Positions 49,500 to 59,332 of a DNA stretch of 64,000 nt are shown here, piece by piece; position 1 is the first letter of the stretch; each line of letters starts with the position of its first letter. This DNA comes from a plasmid, in the sequence record NZ_CP096162.1, one strand, 5' to 3'. A program made the translations under genes and the position numbers. The notes under the pieces are model-generated. The model was not told where the DNA came from, did no database searches, and was given only the letters and a program-made list of their open reading frames with translations.

Positions 49500-51263
49500 A
49501 TGATGGCCGTGGAAAAGGTTGAAAAGGCAAAAAAGGTAGATATTCAAGATTTCTTAGATAAAAATAGCATTGGTTATAAGCAAGAAGGAAATTATTTACG
49601 ATTAGAGGAGCATGATAGCTTTTTAATACATCTTCCAACACAAGGTTTTTCGTGGAACTCCGAAAATAAACAAGGTTTTGGTGCTGTGAAATTTGCATCT
49701 GTTTATTATGGTATTCCTTATGCGGAAGCAGCTGAAATGGTAAATAGTGGAGATTATAAACAAGCCGTGCATCGAGAACCAATTAAGAAAGAATTTCAAT
49801 ACGATCAGCAAGACGAAATCAAGGACACAACACAGCTTTACCGGTATTTATGTGATGTACGTGGAATTGATCGTGAATTGGTTCGGAAAGTTTATGAACA
49901 GGGCATTTTACAGCCGATGAAAAAAAACTGGATTGCAGCCAAGTGGTTGAAAGAAGGAAAACTTGTTGGCTGTACCAAACAAGGGACATGGCAACCCAAA
50001 GACGGGGGGAGATCGCCGAAGTTTATTTATCCGAACCAAGAGCCGTTTGGTGGCGTAACGATTGATTTTGGCAAACCCGAAAAACTAATCATTTGTGAAA
50101 ACTTTGTCGACGGATTATCTCATGCGACACTACGTCCGGAAGTTTATCAAAATGCTAGAATGGTTGCTTTAGATGGTGCTTCTACCAAACTGAAAACGGT
50201 ATTTCGTGCTGCGTATCAAATGCGGAAAGAAGGTCTTCCTATTTATGAATTCAATATTGCAGCGGATAATGATAAAGCAGGACTTCAGTTAGTCGAAAGA
50301 GTATTAAACTATGTTGATGAAAGTATGGTCAAACAAATGCTTCCTATAAGTGAAGAGGGGGAAGATACCGACTGGAACGAAGAACTAAAAAAAGCGAGAA
50401 AAGACGGACGAGAAATCCCAAAAGCTAATTGGGATCATGTTAGTAGCCCAGGCGGTCAAATTGCAGCGCCAATTCCTGACAATCAAAAGCTAGTGCATTT
50501 GCCTGATGCAAAAACTAAAAAAGAGTCTAATCTATCTGGCCGTACCCAAAGCAAAACAGCTGCGAGACGATTAAGTAATCGACTAGCCCATCAAAAAGAT
50601 TTAGTGGATCAGAATGTTTCAGTAGATCCATATTCAGCCAGCTTGACTAGTATGACTCCTCCAGAAGATTATTCGACCATAAATACAGAAGACGTAGGAG
50701 AACAATCACAAGTTGCTGTGAAGCCCTCAGCTGAGAAAAGAAACGGGCAGGCTAATCCATCCGAAAACAAAAAGGATCTATTTGAAGATCCGAAAGCACA
50801 TGAGAGATTCAACAGAATCGTTCAAAAACGGAATAAAAATCCATATCAACAGTCAAATTACGCCAGGAAAAAATATTCAGATACTGTGAAAGAAAAAAAT
50901 ATAGACGATGATCTGGAAAAAGTGGCGAAGGATAGGGATAACCTACAAGAGCGTGAATATATTGATTTAGTTAAGGAAGCTATTCTACGCCCGGTATTTA
51001 ATCAAAAAAACACGGTGAAGCTTTCCGCAGAAATGACTCGCAGTATGATCTTAGAGGAGCAAGAAAAAGAAGAAAGACGCAATCAATTAGAACGTCTTTA
51101 TACGCCAAGAAAATTATATGAGCTAAGAATGACTGCTGTGGCAGAACTAAAACAATTACCTTTAGATGAAAAAATGAAAGCTGCTGTAACGAAGTATGAA
51201 CATAAGGTGTCAATAGAATACAAATTGCGTCATGGCATGGGGACGAAAGGAATTACACGATAA
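49500..51263 (+). CDS. TOPRIM-domain DNA primase-like protein (conjugative primase, DUF3991+Toprim type)
   Basis: ICENFVDG and DNDKAGL motifs; long basic C-terminus. Confidence 0.55.
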   Translation: MMAVEKVEKAKKVDIQDFLDKNSIGYKQEGNYLRLEEHDSFLIHLPTQGFSWNSENKQGFGAVKFASVYYGIPYAEAAEMVNSGDYKQAVHREPIKKEFQYDQQDEIKDTTQLYRYLCDVRGIDRELVRKVYEQGILQPMKKNWIAAKWLKEGKLVGCTKQGTWQPKDGGRSPKFIYPNQEPFGGVTIDFGKPEKLIICENFVDGLSHATLRPEVYQNARMVALDGASTKLKTVFRAAYQMRKEGLPIYEFNIAADNDKAGLQLVERVLNYVDESMVKQMLPISEEGEDTDWNEELKKARKDGREIPKANWDHVSSPGGQIAAPIPDNQKLVHLPDAKTKKESNLSGRTQSKTAARRLSNRLAHQKDLVDQNVSVDPYSASLTSMTPPEDYSTINTEDVGEQSQVAVKPSAEKRNGQANPSENKKDLFEDPKAHERFNRIVQKRNKNPYQQSNYARKKYSDTVKEKNIDDDLEKVAKDRDNLQEREYIDLVKEAILRPVFNQKNTVKLSAEMTRSMILEEQEKEERRNQLERLYTPRKLYELRMTAVAELKQLPLDEKMKAAVTKYEHKVSIEYKLRHGMGTKGITR

Positions 51264-51841
51264 TGAAAAAATACCTAGTTCTTGTACTAACTACCTTACT
51301 TTTACTTTCGGGGTGTAGCTTTAGCTTCACTCCGAATCAAGGAATGGTAAAAATACCGGATGAGCCTGATTTGGTGCAAAAAAAGGCAAGAGTAGTACGT
51401 GTGATTGATGGAGACACTCTGATTTTGGCAATGGGGAACCAGCAGAAGAGAGTGCGTCTTCTATTGATCGATACACCGGAAAGTGTTAAACCAGGTGTGA
51501 GTGTCCAGCCAGTGGCTAAGGAAGCATCAGATTATCTGAAGGAATCACTTACTGATCAAGATGTTACCTATGCCTATGATCTCGGTAATAAGCAAGATAA
51601 ATACGGACGTGAACTTTGCTACGTGTTTGTAGAAGGCACATTGGTTCAAAAAGATTTGATTGAGCGTGGTTACGCGATCGTTCGTTATGCGGAAGCTCCA
51701 AACACTACCTATTTAGAAGAATTAAAAAACGCGGAGAAAATAGCGAAAGAACAGCATTTTGGAGTTTGGGGGATCGATGACTATGTTCAAAGTAAAAATG
51801 GAGATGAGTCATTCAACATGAAGGAGGATGCGAACAAATGA
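51263..51841 (+). CDS. Thermonuclease (SNase-family) lipoprotein
   Basis: Lipobox LLSGC. VIDGDT and LLLIDTPE motifs. Confidence 0.8.
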   Translation: MKKYLVLVLTTLLLLSGCSFSFTPNQGMVKIPDEPDLVQKKARVVRVIDGDTLILAMGNQQKRVRLLLIDTPESVKPGVSVQPVAKEASDYLKESLTDQDVTYAYDLGNKQDKYGRELCYVFVEGTLVQKDLIERGYAIVRYAEAPNTTYLEELKNAEKIAKEQHFGVWGIDDYVQSKNGDESFNMKEDANK

Positions 51842-53145
51842 ATTGGCAAATGAACACAAAAATGGTTGGGAAAGAAATGCTGCGAATACCAGATTACTAT
51901 CCGCGCCAAGAATTAGAGATTGCAGATAAAAAGTACCAGCAACTTAAACAATCAATTGAAAAAGATGGCTACCTAGAACCAATTGTATGGAATCAGAGCA
52001 CAGGAAACATTGTAAGTGGTGTATTAAAGTACCGAATATTTTTAGAAGAATCCAATGGTCAGGAGATCGAAGTATGTGTGATCGATGCGACCGAGCAACG
52101 CGAAAAAGAGCTTTGTATTTATTTGAATCAACACGCTGGAGCATTTGACGAAATTAAACTTGCAGAATTGATTCAGTCTTTCCCAGACGCCGAAGCTATC
52201 ATGATGGCTGGTATTGATGGGAAAGAAGTCGATCGTTTAATTAATCAGCTGGACTTTCATTTAGATATGGAGATCCCTGTGGAAGATGATGGCTTTAAAA
52301 TAGATGAAGTAGTAGAACACATTCAAGAACCACAAACGAAGCTAGGAGATATTTGGCAGCTAGGGAGACATTTTTTAATGTGTGGGGACACCACTAATAT
52401 TGTTGACGTACAACAATTAATGCAAGGTAAACAAGTAGACCTAGTCATTACTGATCCACCCTATAATGTGGCCGTGGAGAGTGATAATAAAAATTTAGAA
52501 AAGAGTGGCCGCAGTTCCATTTTAAATGATGATATGACGGATGAACAATTTGATATGTTTTTAGCCAAGGTCTTTCAAAGTTATCAAAAAGTGATGGCCG
52601 GTCATGCAGCAATTTATGTTTTTCATCCATCTTCTTATCAGATCGAGTTTGAAAATTCCATGAAATTAGCGAATATACAGGTGCGATCGCAATGTATTTG
52701 GATAAAAAACTATCCTAGCTTTGGCTGGAGCCAATATAGGTGGCAGCATGAACCGGTATTCTATGCACATTTGAAAGGAGAATCCCCATTCTGGTATGGA
52801 GACCGGAAACAGACAACAACCTGGCGTGACCATTCTTATCTTGGAGAGGAAGCATCAACGATTTGGGAGATCGCCCGTGATAGCAATAATACTTACATCC
52901 ATCCCACACAAAAACCACTAGATTTACTTGCTATACCTATGCGTAATTCCAGTAAAAAAGGGGATACGATTGCTGATTTTTTTGGTGGATCAGGAAGCAC
53001 TTTATTGACGGCCGAACAATTGGGGCGAATTTGCTATACAATGGAATTAGATCCGAAGTTTTGCGATGCGATAAAACAACGGTTTGAAGCATATACTGGG
53101 ATTAAGCCGGTTCTAATGCAGCAACTAACTACCATAGATAATTAA
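51838..53145 (+). CDS. ParB-like-nuclease-domain/N6-adenine (or N4-C) DNA methyltransferase fusion (orphan methyltransferase, beta class)
   Basis: DPPYN motif IV precedes FGGSGST motif I. N-terminal ParB-like domain. Confidence 0.8.
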   Translation: MNWQMNTKMVGKEMLRIPDYYPRQELEIADKKYQQLKQSIEKDGYLEPIVWNQSTGNIVSGVLKYRIFLEESNGQEIEVCVIDATEQREKELCIYLNQHAGAFDEIKLAELIQSFPDAEAIMMAGIDGKEVDRLINQLDFHLDMEIPVEDDGFKIDEVVEHIQEPQTKLGDIWQLGRHFLMCGDTTNIVDVQQLMQGKQVDLVITDPPYNVAVESDNKNLEKSGRSSILNDDMTDEQFDMFLAKVFQSYQKVMAGHAAIYVFHPSSYQIEFENSMKLANIQVRSQCIWIKNYPSFGWSQYRWQHEPVFYAHLKGESPFWYGDRKQTTTWRDHSYLGEEASTIWEIARDSNNTYIHPTQKPLDLLAIPMRNSSKKGDTIADFFGGSGSTLLTAEQLGRICYTMELDPKFCDAIKQRFEAYTGIKPVLMQQLTTIDN

Positions 53146-53253
53146 AAAAAGGGCGCTCACTGCAGCGCCCTTTTCTTCATTTTATTCAGTGAGAAAATAA
53201 AGCACATGATAGAAGACCATGCGCATTTATTTTACTGAGGAAAGGAGGGGAAT

Positions 53254-53463
53254 ATGGTGCCGTTATCGACAATTACAGATCAAAATGTTTCAGAGGAACT
53301 TGCAAAGGCATTAGAAGTAGCAGAGTTAAAAGAACAGTATCGAATGGTTGTCCAGATATCTATTAAAAAATGGATCACAAATCTACAAAATAATAGTATT
53401 CCTTTAAACACTGTAGAAGATTTTCAAAAACTGATTGAATTAGATCTTAAACTCCGGGAGTAG
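53254..53463 (+). CDS. Hypothetical 69-aa protein
   Basis: RBS AAAGGAGGGG. Confidence 0.35.
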   Translation: MVPLSTITDQNVSEELAKALEVAELKEQYRMVVQISIKKWITNLQNNSIPLNTVEDFQKLIELDLKLRE

Positions 53464-53509
53464 TTTTAAAAAAACAAACTCAAAGGTTGCATAGTAAAGG
53501 AGTGACGAG

Positions 53510-54181
53510 ATGGATAAGAAACAAGTGTATGAAGGCTACTTTCAAGGTCAAACGTTAACGGAGTTAAGCAAACAATCGAACATTCCTGTAGGAACACTAA
53601 AATCATGGGCGCACCGAGAATCTTGGAAACGAAAAGAGGTAGTTTTACCTGGTGCGCCGAATGGTAATCAAAATGCTGTAGCCAATCAAGGAGGGAGTCC
53701 CCCGATTGGTAATAGAAATGCACTGAAAACTGGAGAGTATGAGCAATTGACCCTATTTCATGTTTCTGAAGAAGAAGCTGCATTGCTGAAGCAAATACCT
53801 AGAGAAGCAGGAGCACTACTTCAACGTCAGCTTGATTTATTACATTATCGAGAATCTAAGATGCTGCAGCGGCTCTATAAGTTAGAGGAAAAGTTATCCG
53901 AAGAGGAAAAAGTCCAGGTTTATGAACGAAGAAAAGTGAGGGAATATCAATCGATTGAAAAGAATAGTAAGACTTACCATGTTCCGATTGAAAAAGAAGA
54001 ATTAGTTTTAGTGAAGGAGCAAATTCAGTCAAAAAATGTTTTGGGAAGGATCCTAGCGATAGAAGAAGCCTTGACCCGAATTAGTGCGCAAATACTTAAA
54101 GTGGTTAGTCAACGTGAAGCGCTTCTACAAGAAAAGCATATTGGCCAACCAACTATTTTTGATTGGCCACAAAAAAACTAA
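53510..54181 (+). CDS. Terminase-small-subunit-like HTH protein (GNxNAVANQGG repeats)
   Basis: N-terminal HTH. GAPNGNQNAVANQGGSPPIGNRNALKTG resembles phage/PICI TerS-type repeats. Confidence 0.35.
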   Translation: MDKKQVYEGYFQGQTLTELSKQSNIPVGTLKSWAHRESWKRKEVVLPGAPNGNQNAVANQGGSPPIGNRNALKTGEYEQLTLFHVSEEEAALLKQIPREAGALLQRQLDLLHYRESKMLQRLYKLEEKLSEEEKVQVYERRKVREYQSIEKNSKTYHVPIEKEELVLVKEQIQSKNVLGRILAIEEALTRISAQILKVVSQREALLQEKHIGQPTIFDWPQKN

Positions 54182-54193
54182 TGCCAAGTTGCA

Positions 54194-54436
54194 TTAGTTT
54201 TTACTGTTTCGAGACTTTGCCTGTCTTTCGGCTATTCTAGCTGCATAGGCTTCTATATCTTGTTTGAGATATAGTCGTATCATTTGACGTTGTTCCCCTT
54301 TTTGAAAAAAGGGTTGAATAAGACCGGTTCTGATCGATTGATCGAAGGCTGGTTTTGATTGTTTCGTAATTTTCATTGCTTCTTGTCGTGTAAGTAAATT
54401 TTCGTATATCCAATCCTGGAGTTCTTTGTTTTCCAT
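54194..54436 (-). CDS. Small HTH DNA-binding protein (excisionase/AlpA-like), the only minus-strand gene inside the transfer region
   Basis: 81 aa from the Met with a GGAGGG RBS (track ORF opens further upstream). Divergent from the downstream plus-strand genes. Confidence 0.4.
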   Translation of the reverse strand: MENKELQDWIYENLLTRQEAMKITKQSKPAFDQSIRTGLIQPFFQKGEQRQMIRLYLKQDIEAYAARIAERQAKSRNSKN

Positions 54437-54555
54437 AAGTGCCCTCCGTTCTATATATAAAAATAGTATCATATGCGAAAGATAATGTAAATGCTTGCTA
54501 TGTCTTCCACATTCTGATATAATTATCATATACAAAAGACAATGTATAAAAGGGT

Positions 54556-54792
54556 ATGCAAAACGAGGTGGACGTTATCGTGGATGTTCGTTGTTATTTA
54601 CCAGATATGTGCTACAGTTACGATCCTATTCATGGCCGGACAGTATGCATCAGAAAAGACATCATAGGAACTTTTGTTGCACTAGGCAGATCCGTTCCTC
54701 CTGAAAGACTGAATAAGGTGATGAACCTTACTCCACTACAGGTAGAAGCAATGGAATATGGGTCAAAATATGGTTTTGACAAGATAGAATAA
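54556..54792 (+). CDS. Hypothetical 78-aa Cys-containing protein
   Basis: ORF only. Confidence 0.3.
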   Translation: MQNEVDVIVDVRCYLPDMCYSYDPIHGRTVCIRKDIIGTFVALGRSVPPERLNKVMNLTPLQVEAMEYGSKYGFDKIE

Positions 54793-54839
54793 AATCACAT
54801 ATTAGTTTCTAAATTATCTAAAGAAATGGGGGAAAGAAA

Positions 54840-55334
54840 ATGGTACATCTTTTAAACTCACAAGTAGTGGTTTACCGTAAAGAAAAAGAAGCAGCTTTAA
54901 AAATGCTGCCATTGTATAAGCATGACCTATTTCTGGAATTATCTATTCCGCCGAAAGGGATCACACTTATAAAAGAAGCACCTTTACAAACAACGGACAA
55001 AAAAGAGATCAAACGCTATAAAATAGTTACATTCCCACAAAGAAATCGTGATATACTAGTACTAGAGCAAGATGTGGCAGGAGATTCGGATGATTATCTA
55101 ACCTTTATGTGTTTGGATCAAGCGTTATCTATAGAAATGGTGCAAGCGTACCTAGCGGAGCTTGAAATGATCATTAATGATGAAATATATATGATCATCT
55201 GCAGCGATGAAGATACTGGAATGGTAAGACAGCAAAGATACTCCATTGGACGGGAAAAAACCATCCATATTTTAGAACATGACTTCGATATGGTACAAGA
55301 GGAAGCAATGCTAGCACTCGATATGGCTCTTTAA
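54840..55334 (+). CDS. Hypothetical protein
   Basis: RBS GGGGGAAAGAAAATG. Confidence 0.4.
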   Translation: MVHLLNSQVVVYRKEKEAALKMLPLYKHDLFLELSIPPKGITLIKEAPLQTTDKKEIKRYKIVTFPQRNRDILVLEQDVAGDSDDYLTFMCLDQALSIEMVQAYLAELEMIINDEIYMIICSDEDTGMVRQQRYSIGREKTIHILEHDFDMVQEEAMLALDMAL

Positions 55335-55352
55335 AAAAAGGAGGAGATAGGG

Positions 55353-55730
55353 ATGCAAGTTGTTCAAGGGTTATTTCATTTTGTCGATTGGATCGTGGAA
55401 GGGATTATGCAATTAGGGATGATTATCCTAGCCCTTTTAGGAAAGGGATGTTTAGCGTTCCTTCATTTTTTAGGCGATCAATTTCAAGCGAGTTCCAATG
55501 GCACAAAGTTTATTTATGCGATCGCGATTGCGGTAACAATCCTTATTATCCTCTACTTTACCTGGCATATATTACTTATGAGTGCCTTCGTACTTGCTAT
55601 TGTGATTCCTCTCTTTTTATTTGTGGGAAAAATCGTGGTAAGTATGTTACTTGTCGCAGCCGTTATTTTTGTCGTGCGATGGTTGTTTATTACATCAAAA
55701 ACCATTTATCAAACTAAAATGGCACAATAG
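55353..55730 (+). CDS. Membrane protein (3-4 transmembrane helices)
   Basis: RBS GGAGGAG. Confidence 0.45.
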   Translation: MQVVQGLFHFVDWIVEGIMQLGMIILALLGKGCLAFLHFLGDQFQASSNGTKFIYAIAIAVTILIILYFTWHILLMSAFVLAIVIPLFLFVGKIVVSMLLVAAVIFVVRWLFITSKTIYQTKMAQ

Positions 55731-55791
55731 CTTTCCTAGCTGCAGATACTTGAGATAATCGTTTACATGATGTACAATAAAAGAAATTAGG

Positions 55792-55885
55792 GAAGTTTTA
55801 TTGGTGACCTTCACAGAAAAAATAAAAAACCAAGCGTATTCGAGAAGTTTTATTGGTGATCTTCTCATAAAAAAATAAAAAACCT
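55792..55885. repeat. Two about 40-bp direct repeats GAAGTTTTATTGGTGA[CT]CTTC.CA.AAAAAATAAAAAACC
   Basis: Read directly. Followed by a weak hairpin and a T9 run around 55893-55930. Confidence 0.5.
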
Positions 55886-55936
55886 ACAAACTTATAGAAA
55901 AAGACTCGTCTAAAAACTAGATGGGTCTTTTTTTTT

Positions 55937-56608
55937 ATGGATAAGAAGGTGCTGCAAGAAATGAACGATAAACCATACAAATATCAAGTAGTACGATTGA
56001 AAAAAGAATTTTTTCAGTCGAATCCCCATTCCATTAATATGCTTGATCCAGGGAATCCAGAAAAACAAATGCGGCGTACTTATTTATATCTAGATATTCA
56101 AAAGGATCACTATCACTATTTAATTCCTTTCAGAAGTCATTTGAATCATCGGAATGGTGTAGCGACACCATTTAAAGACCGACCTAAAGCTGGACTAGAT
56201 TACAGTCATACACTTATTATCAAGGATAGTACATACATTCAGCCAGCTTTCATCTCTAATGATCAGTATCGGGAAGTCAAAAATAAAATGAAGCCTATTT
56301 ATTCCCGGACGTCGCGATATATCTCAGATTTTATGAATGCCTACAAAAAAGGAATCGTGCTCGATCTACCGAAGTATCAGAATTCTACTTTGATAAATTT
56401 TGTTGGCTATTTGGAAAAAGAGTGGACCAAACAAGTTCCACTTCAAGACAGGAAACAAACACAGAAAGTAAAAGAAAATAATAGACCTAAAAATTCCGTT
56501 CCTAATATGCGCATCCCATTTATAGCCGATATAGACATGCCTATATCGATAAACCTGTATCGGCAAGTTTTCTATAAAATAGGAGATAAGATCAAGGAGA
56601 TGGGGTAG
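55937..56608 (+). CDS. Hypothetical protein
   Basis: 223 aa. Confidence 0.4.
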   Translation: MDKKVLQEMNDKPYKYQVVRLKKEFFQSNPHSINMLDPGNPEKQMRRTYLYLDIQKDHYHYLIPFRSHLNHRNGVATPFKDRPKAGLDYSHTLIIKDSTYIQPAFISNDQYREVKNKMKPIYSRTSRYISDFMNAYKKGIVLDLPKYQNSTLINFVGYLEKEWTKQVPLQDRKQTQKVKENNRPKNSVPNMRIPFIADIDMPISINLYRQVFYKIGDKIKEMG

Positions 56609-56614
56609 AATAAT

Positions 56615-56875
56615 TTGCGGTTATATGAGGAACCAGATGTGCGTATCAGGATCAATATCAAAGGAATTTGTGAAAAATATAAGCTGACAATGGGAGAACT
56701 TTCTAGGCGAACCGATATTGAGCCGTCCAAAATTAGTGCGTATGCCAATGATCGTCGACAACGTGTTCAAATTACTCATTTAGAACGAATCTGTCAATCT
56801 CTGCATATTCGGGACATGAACGAATTGTTTATTTTGGAAGTTCTGGAAGATGAACAAGTCGATAATAAGGAGTAG
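56615..56875 (+). CDS. XRE-family HTH transcriptional regulator
   Basis: ELSRRTDIEPSKISAYANDRR is HTH_XRE-like. Confidence 0.5.
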   Translation: MRLYEEPDVRIRINIKGICEKYKLTMGELSRRTDIEPSKISAYANDRRQRVQITHLERICQSLHIRDMNELFILEVLEDEQVDNKE

Positions 56876-56881
56876 AGAAGC

Positions 56882-57871
56882 ATGAGGACAGTAGAAGATA
56901 TCTTATATGATAAACAATCTGCTATTTTCTTATTGGCCGAATTGTATGAGACGCACGAAAAAGAACACGAAGATCATAATGAAGGGACGCTGACAACTTG
57001 CGAGATATGTCGACAAATTGAAACGTGTTCGACATTGATCCGGAGGTTGGAACAGGAGCTGCTTCACAAAAAGGATGAGATACGGGCAGAAGAAAAAAGA
57101 CATGCAAAAGATCTCTTAAAATGGCATTATATCAAGTACCCGATGAATGCGACTAATTTAGAACGAATCTTACATTGGCAAAAGATGTTTAGTAAACGGA
57201 TGTTTGATGAGTTGACGAGAATGGGTTGGTCTGTAGAGGAGATACAGCGAAGGTATGATATCCCAGACTTTTTCTTTAAGCGCTGGTTGTTTAAGAATGG
57301 TCTATATGCTGTGGTTCCATTAATACTTAGGATAAGGACGATCGATGATCGAATTTTTATTTATAAAGTCTTTCAGGAAGCGGATCTGAATTTGCTTTTG
57401 ACATTGGATGATATTGTGATGAAGTCTTATGATCGAATTGAAAGAGAAGACTGGAAACATGTGTATTTCTGGCACCATGGCGCTTACCATCACTTAGAGC
57501 AAATCATTGTCCAGAGTGAGTTTGGAAAGGTTGGCGAAACGGTTTATCACGCTGAAGAGCAATTAGGCTGCAAGAAAAAGGCGACGGATCAAGTTATTTT
57601 TTATGATGGATTTAACCAGGAAGCAGTCGCCTATTTTTGTGAAGAAAATGAGATGAAACGCTTAGCCAAGGGGAATCGACTCCTTATAAACACCCGATAT
57701 GGTACAATTACGCTTTTTCCAGGGGAATATGTAGTGAAAGAAATTACAGGTCGTTTTGTGAAGTATTCAGCTAACCAATTTTCGCAGTTGTATGAGATTG
57801 TTGATACAGTTCGGCCTATGGGGCTTGTGAGTGAAACTTCTAGTTATAATGAATATACAAATAAAATATAA
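56882..57871 (+). CDS. Hypothetical protein
   Basis: 329 aa. Overlaps the HTH gene region. Confidence 0.45.
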   Translation: MRTVEDILYDKQSAIFLLAELYETHEKEHEDHNEGTLTTCEICRQIETCSTLIRRLEQELLHKKDEIRAEEKRHAKDLLKWHYIKYPMNATNLERILHWQKMFSKRMFDELTRMGWSVEEIQRRYDIPDFFFKRWLFKNGLYAVVPLILRIRTIDDRIFIYKVFQEADLNLLLTLDDIVMKSYDRIEREDWKHVYFWHHGAYHHLEQIIVQSEFGKVGETVYHAEEQLGCKKKATDQVIFYDGFNQEAVAYFCEENEMKRLAKGNRLLINTRYGTITLFPGEYVVKEITGRFVKYSANQFSQLYEIVDTVRPMGLVSETSSYNEYTNKI

Positions 57872-58147
57872 TAAAACGCATCATAGCGTGATTATTTTCC
57901 TAGTGTTTTCTTTCCGAACAGAGCGGTGGTGGCTGGAACGCCGTGAGGAAAGTATCCTATGGTCTTGCCTTTAAATAACGAAAGAAGAAAATATTGTTTT
58001 TAAAATGGCTATTGTGGTATACTAACAATGAAAAGAGAGCTATGCTTCAACATAGCTCTCCAGCAGTAGCACCGTTAAAAAGACGGTAACCATAGATATA
58101 TTAAGAAGTAACCCTCTAACACACCCGGTCAAAAGCGAGTTAGATGG

Positions 58148-58231
58148 TTATTTTTTTTGCTCAAAGCCTAGTATCAGCACGACTAATGTCGCAAAAGCGA
58201 TCATCAGCGTAAGTGCTTCAAACACAGACAA
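58148..58231 (-). CDS. Candidate type-I toxin-like hydrophobic peptide (27 aa, M/L-SVFEALTLMIAFATLVVLILGFEQKK; Fst/Lpt/holin-like-toxin type)
   Basis: TTG start 6 nt after a GGAAAGGAG RBS. Single transmembrane helix plus KK tail. Extended -10 TGTATAGT upstream. Perfect 10-bp hairpin GAGAGCTATG...CATAGCTCTC downstream on the same strand. Confidence 0.35.
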   Translation of the reverse strand: MSVFEALTLMIAFATLVVLILGFEQKK

Positions 58232-58433
58232 GTCTAGCTCCTTTCCAGGAGTAAAACTATACATTCAAGCATAGGCATCACCCCCTAATGAGGATTTAGC
58301 CACCATCTTTCTCACTTTGCTACTGCCTTTATATTATAACATAATATTTATTGAACTTTATCGAAGAAAGTATAATAATGAAAGTAGTGGTGGAAAATGA
58401 TAGGAGGTAATTGTACTATGAATTGGATCAATG

Positions 58434-59321
58434 TCAATAAAGTAGACACAAAAAAGAATCATTTACTGATTGCTGAAATAAAAAATTTTCTTTTTCTTCA
58501 GGAGTTAGCATGTTAATAGTCGAGTGAGGACGGTGCCGATTATAAAAGCTTTCAATATATTCAAAACAAGCTAATTGCACATCTTGAATGGAAGAAAAAG
58601 CTCGCCGATCTAGTTCTTCTTTTTTCATATACTTAAAGAAGGCTTCGGTGACAGCGTTATCCCAAGGATAAGCCTTTTTGGAATAAGAGGCGAGCAGATC
58701 ATGCTCGTCTAACCATCTGCGATACGCTTTGGCTGTATATTGTGACCCTCGGTCACTGTGAATCATGACAGTTTGAGACGGTCGCCGTTGTTTATAGGCA
58801 ACTTCCAGTGTTTGAAGAGCTAAATCTGTATTGATCTTATGGGCGACTTGCCAGGCAATGATTTTTCGTGAGAATAAGTTCATGACAATGCATAAATAAA
58901 CAAAGCCTTTTTTTCCTACAGGGATGTAAGAAAAATCGGTTGTCCAAACCTGATTAGGTGCAGGTGGATTAAACGCTTGCTTTAAATGATTAGGACAAGA
59001 GTCATGAGGTGCTTCATCCACTTTTCTCTTTTGATAGCTTGGTTTTACGGTGGACATTTTAGGCAATTGAAGTTGACGAAGTAGGCGATAAACCCGACCT
59101 AAACTAATGGATACGCCATAATCACGCTTTAAAACAACTTGAATCTTAGCAGCGCCAAAGCGCTTTTTGGCTTGGCTATAAATCTCTAAAATCCATTTTT
59201 TGAGTTGTTGATTTTCTTGCTTTCGCTTCGATGGTTGTCGTTGAATGAATTTGTAATACGTCGAACGATTTACCTGTAAAGCCCTGCATAATCGAACGAT
59301 GGTGTGTTCATGTTGAAGCAA
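58434..59321 (-). CDS. IS3-family transposase OrfB (rve DDE integrase core)
   Basis: WTTDFSY...HSDRGSQYT...E motifs. Confidence 0.85.
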   Translation of the reverse strand: MLQHEHTIVRLCRALQVNRSTYYKFIQRQPSKRKQENQQLKKWILEIYSQAKKRFGAAKIQVVLKRDYGVSISLGRVYRLLRQLQLPKMSTVKPSYQKRKVDEAPHDSCPNHLKQAFNPPAPNQVWTTDFSYIPVGKKGFVYLCIVMNLFSRKIIAWQVAHKINTDLALQTLEVAYKQRRPSQTVMIHSDRGSQYTAKAYRRWLDEHDLLASYSKKAYPWDNAVTEAFFKYMKKEELDRRAFSSIQDVQLACFEYIESFYNRHRPHSTINMLTPEEKENFLFQQSVNDSFLCLLY

Positions 59322-59332
59322 AGAAATCGCTT

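Noticed and set aside
53466-53783. 105-aa minus-strand ORF overlapping the TerS-like gene
   Set aside because: Antisense overlap with a better-supported plus-strand gene; no RBS.
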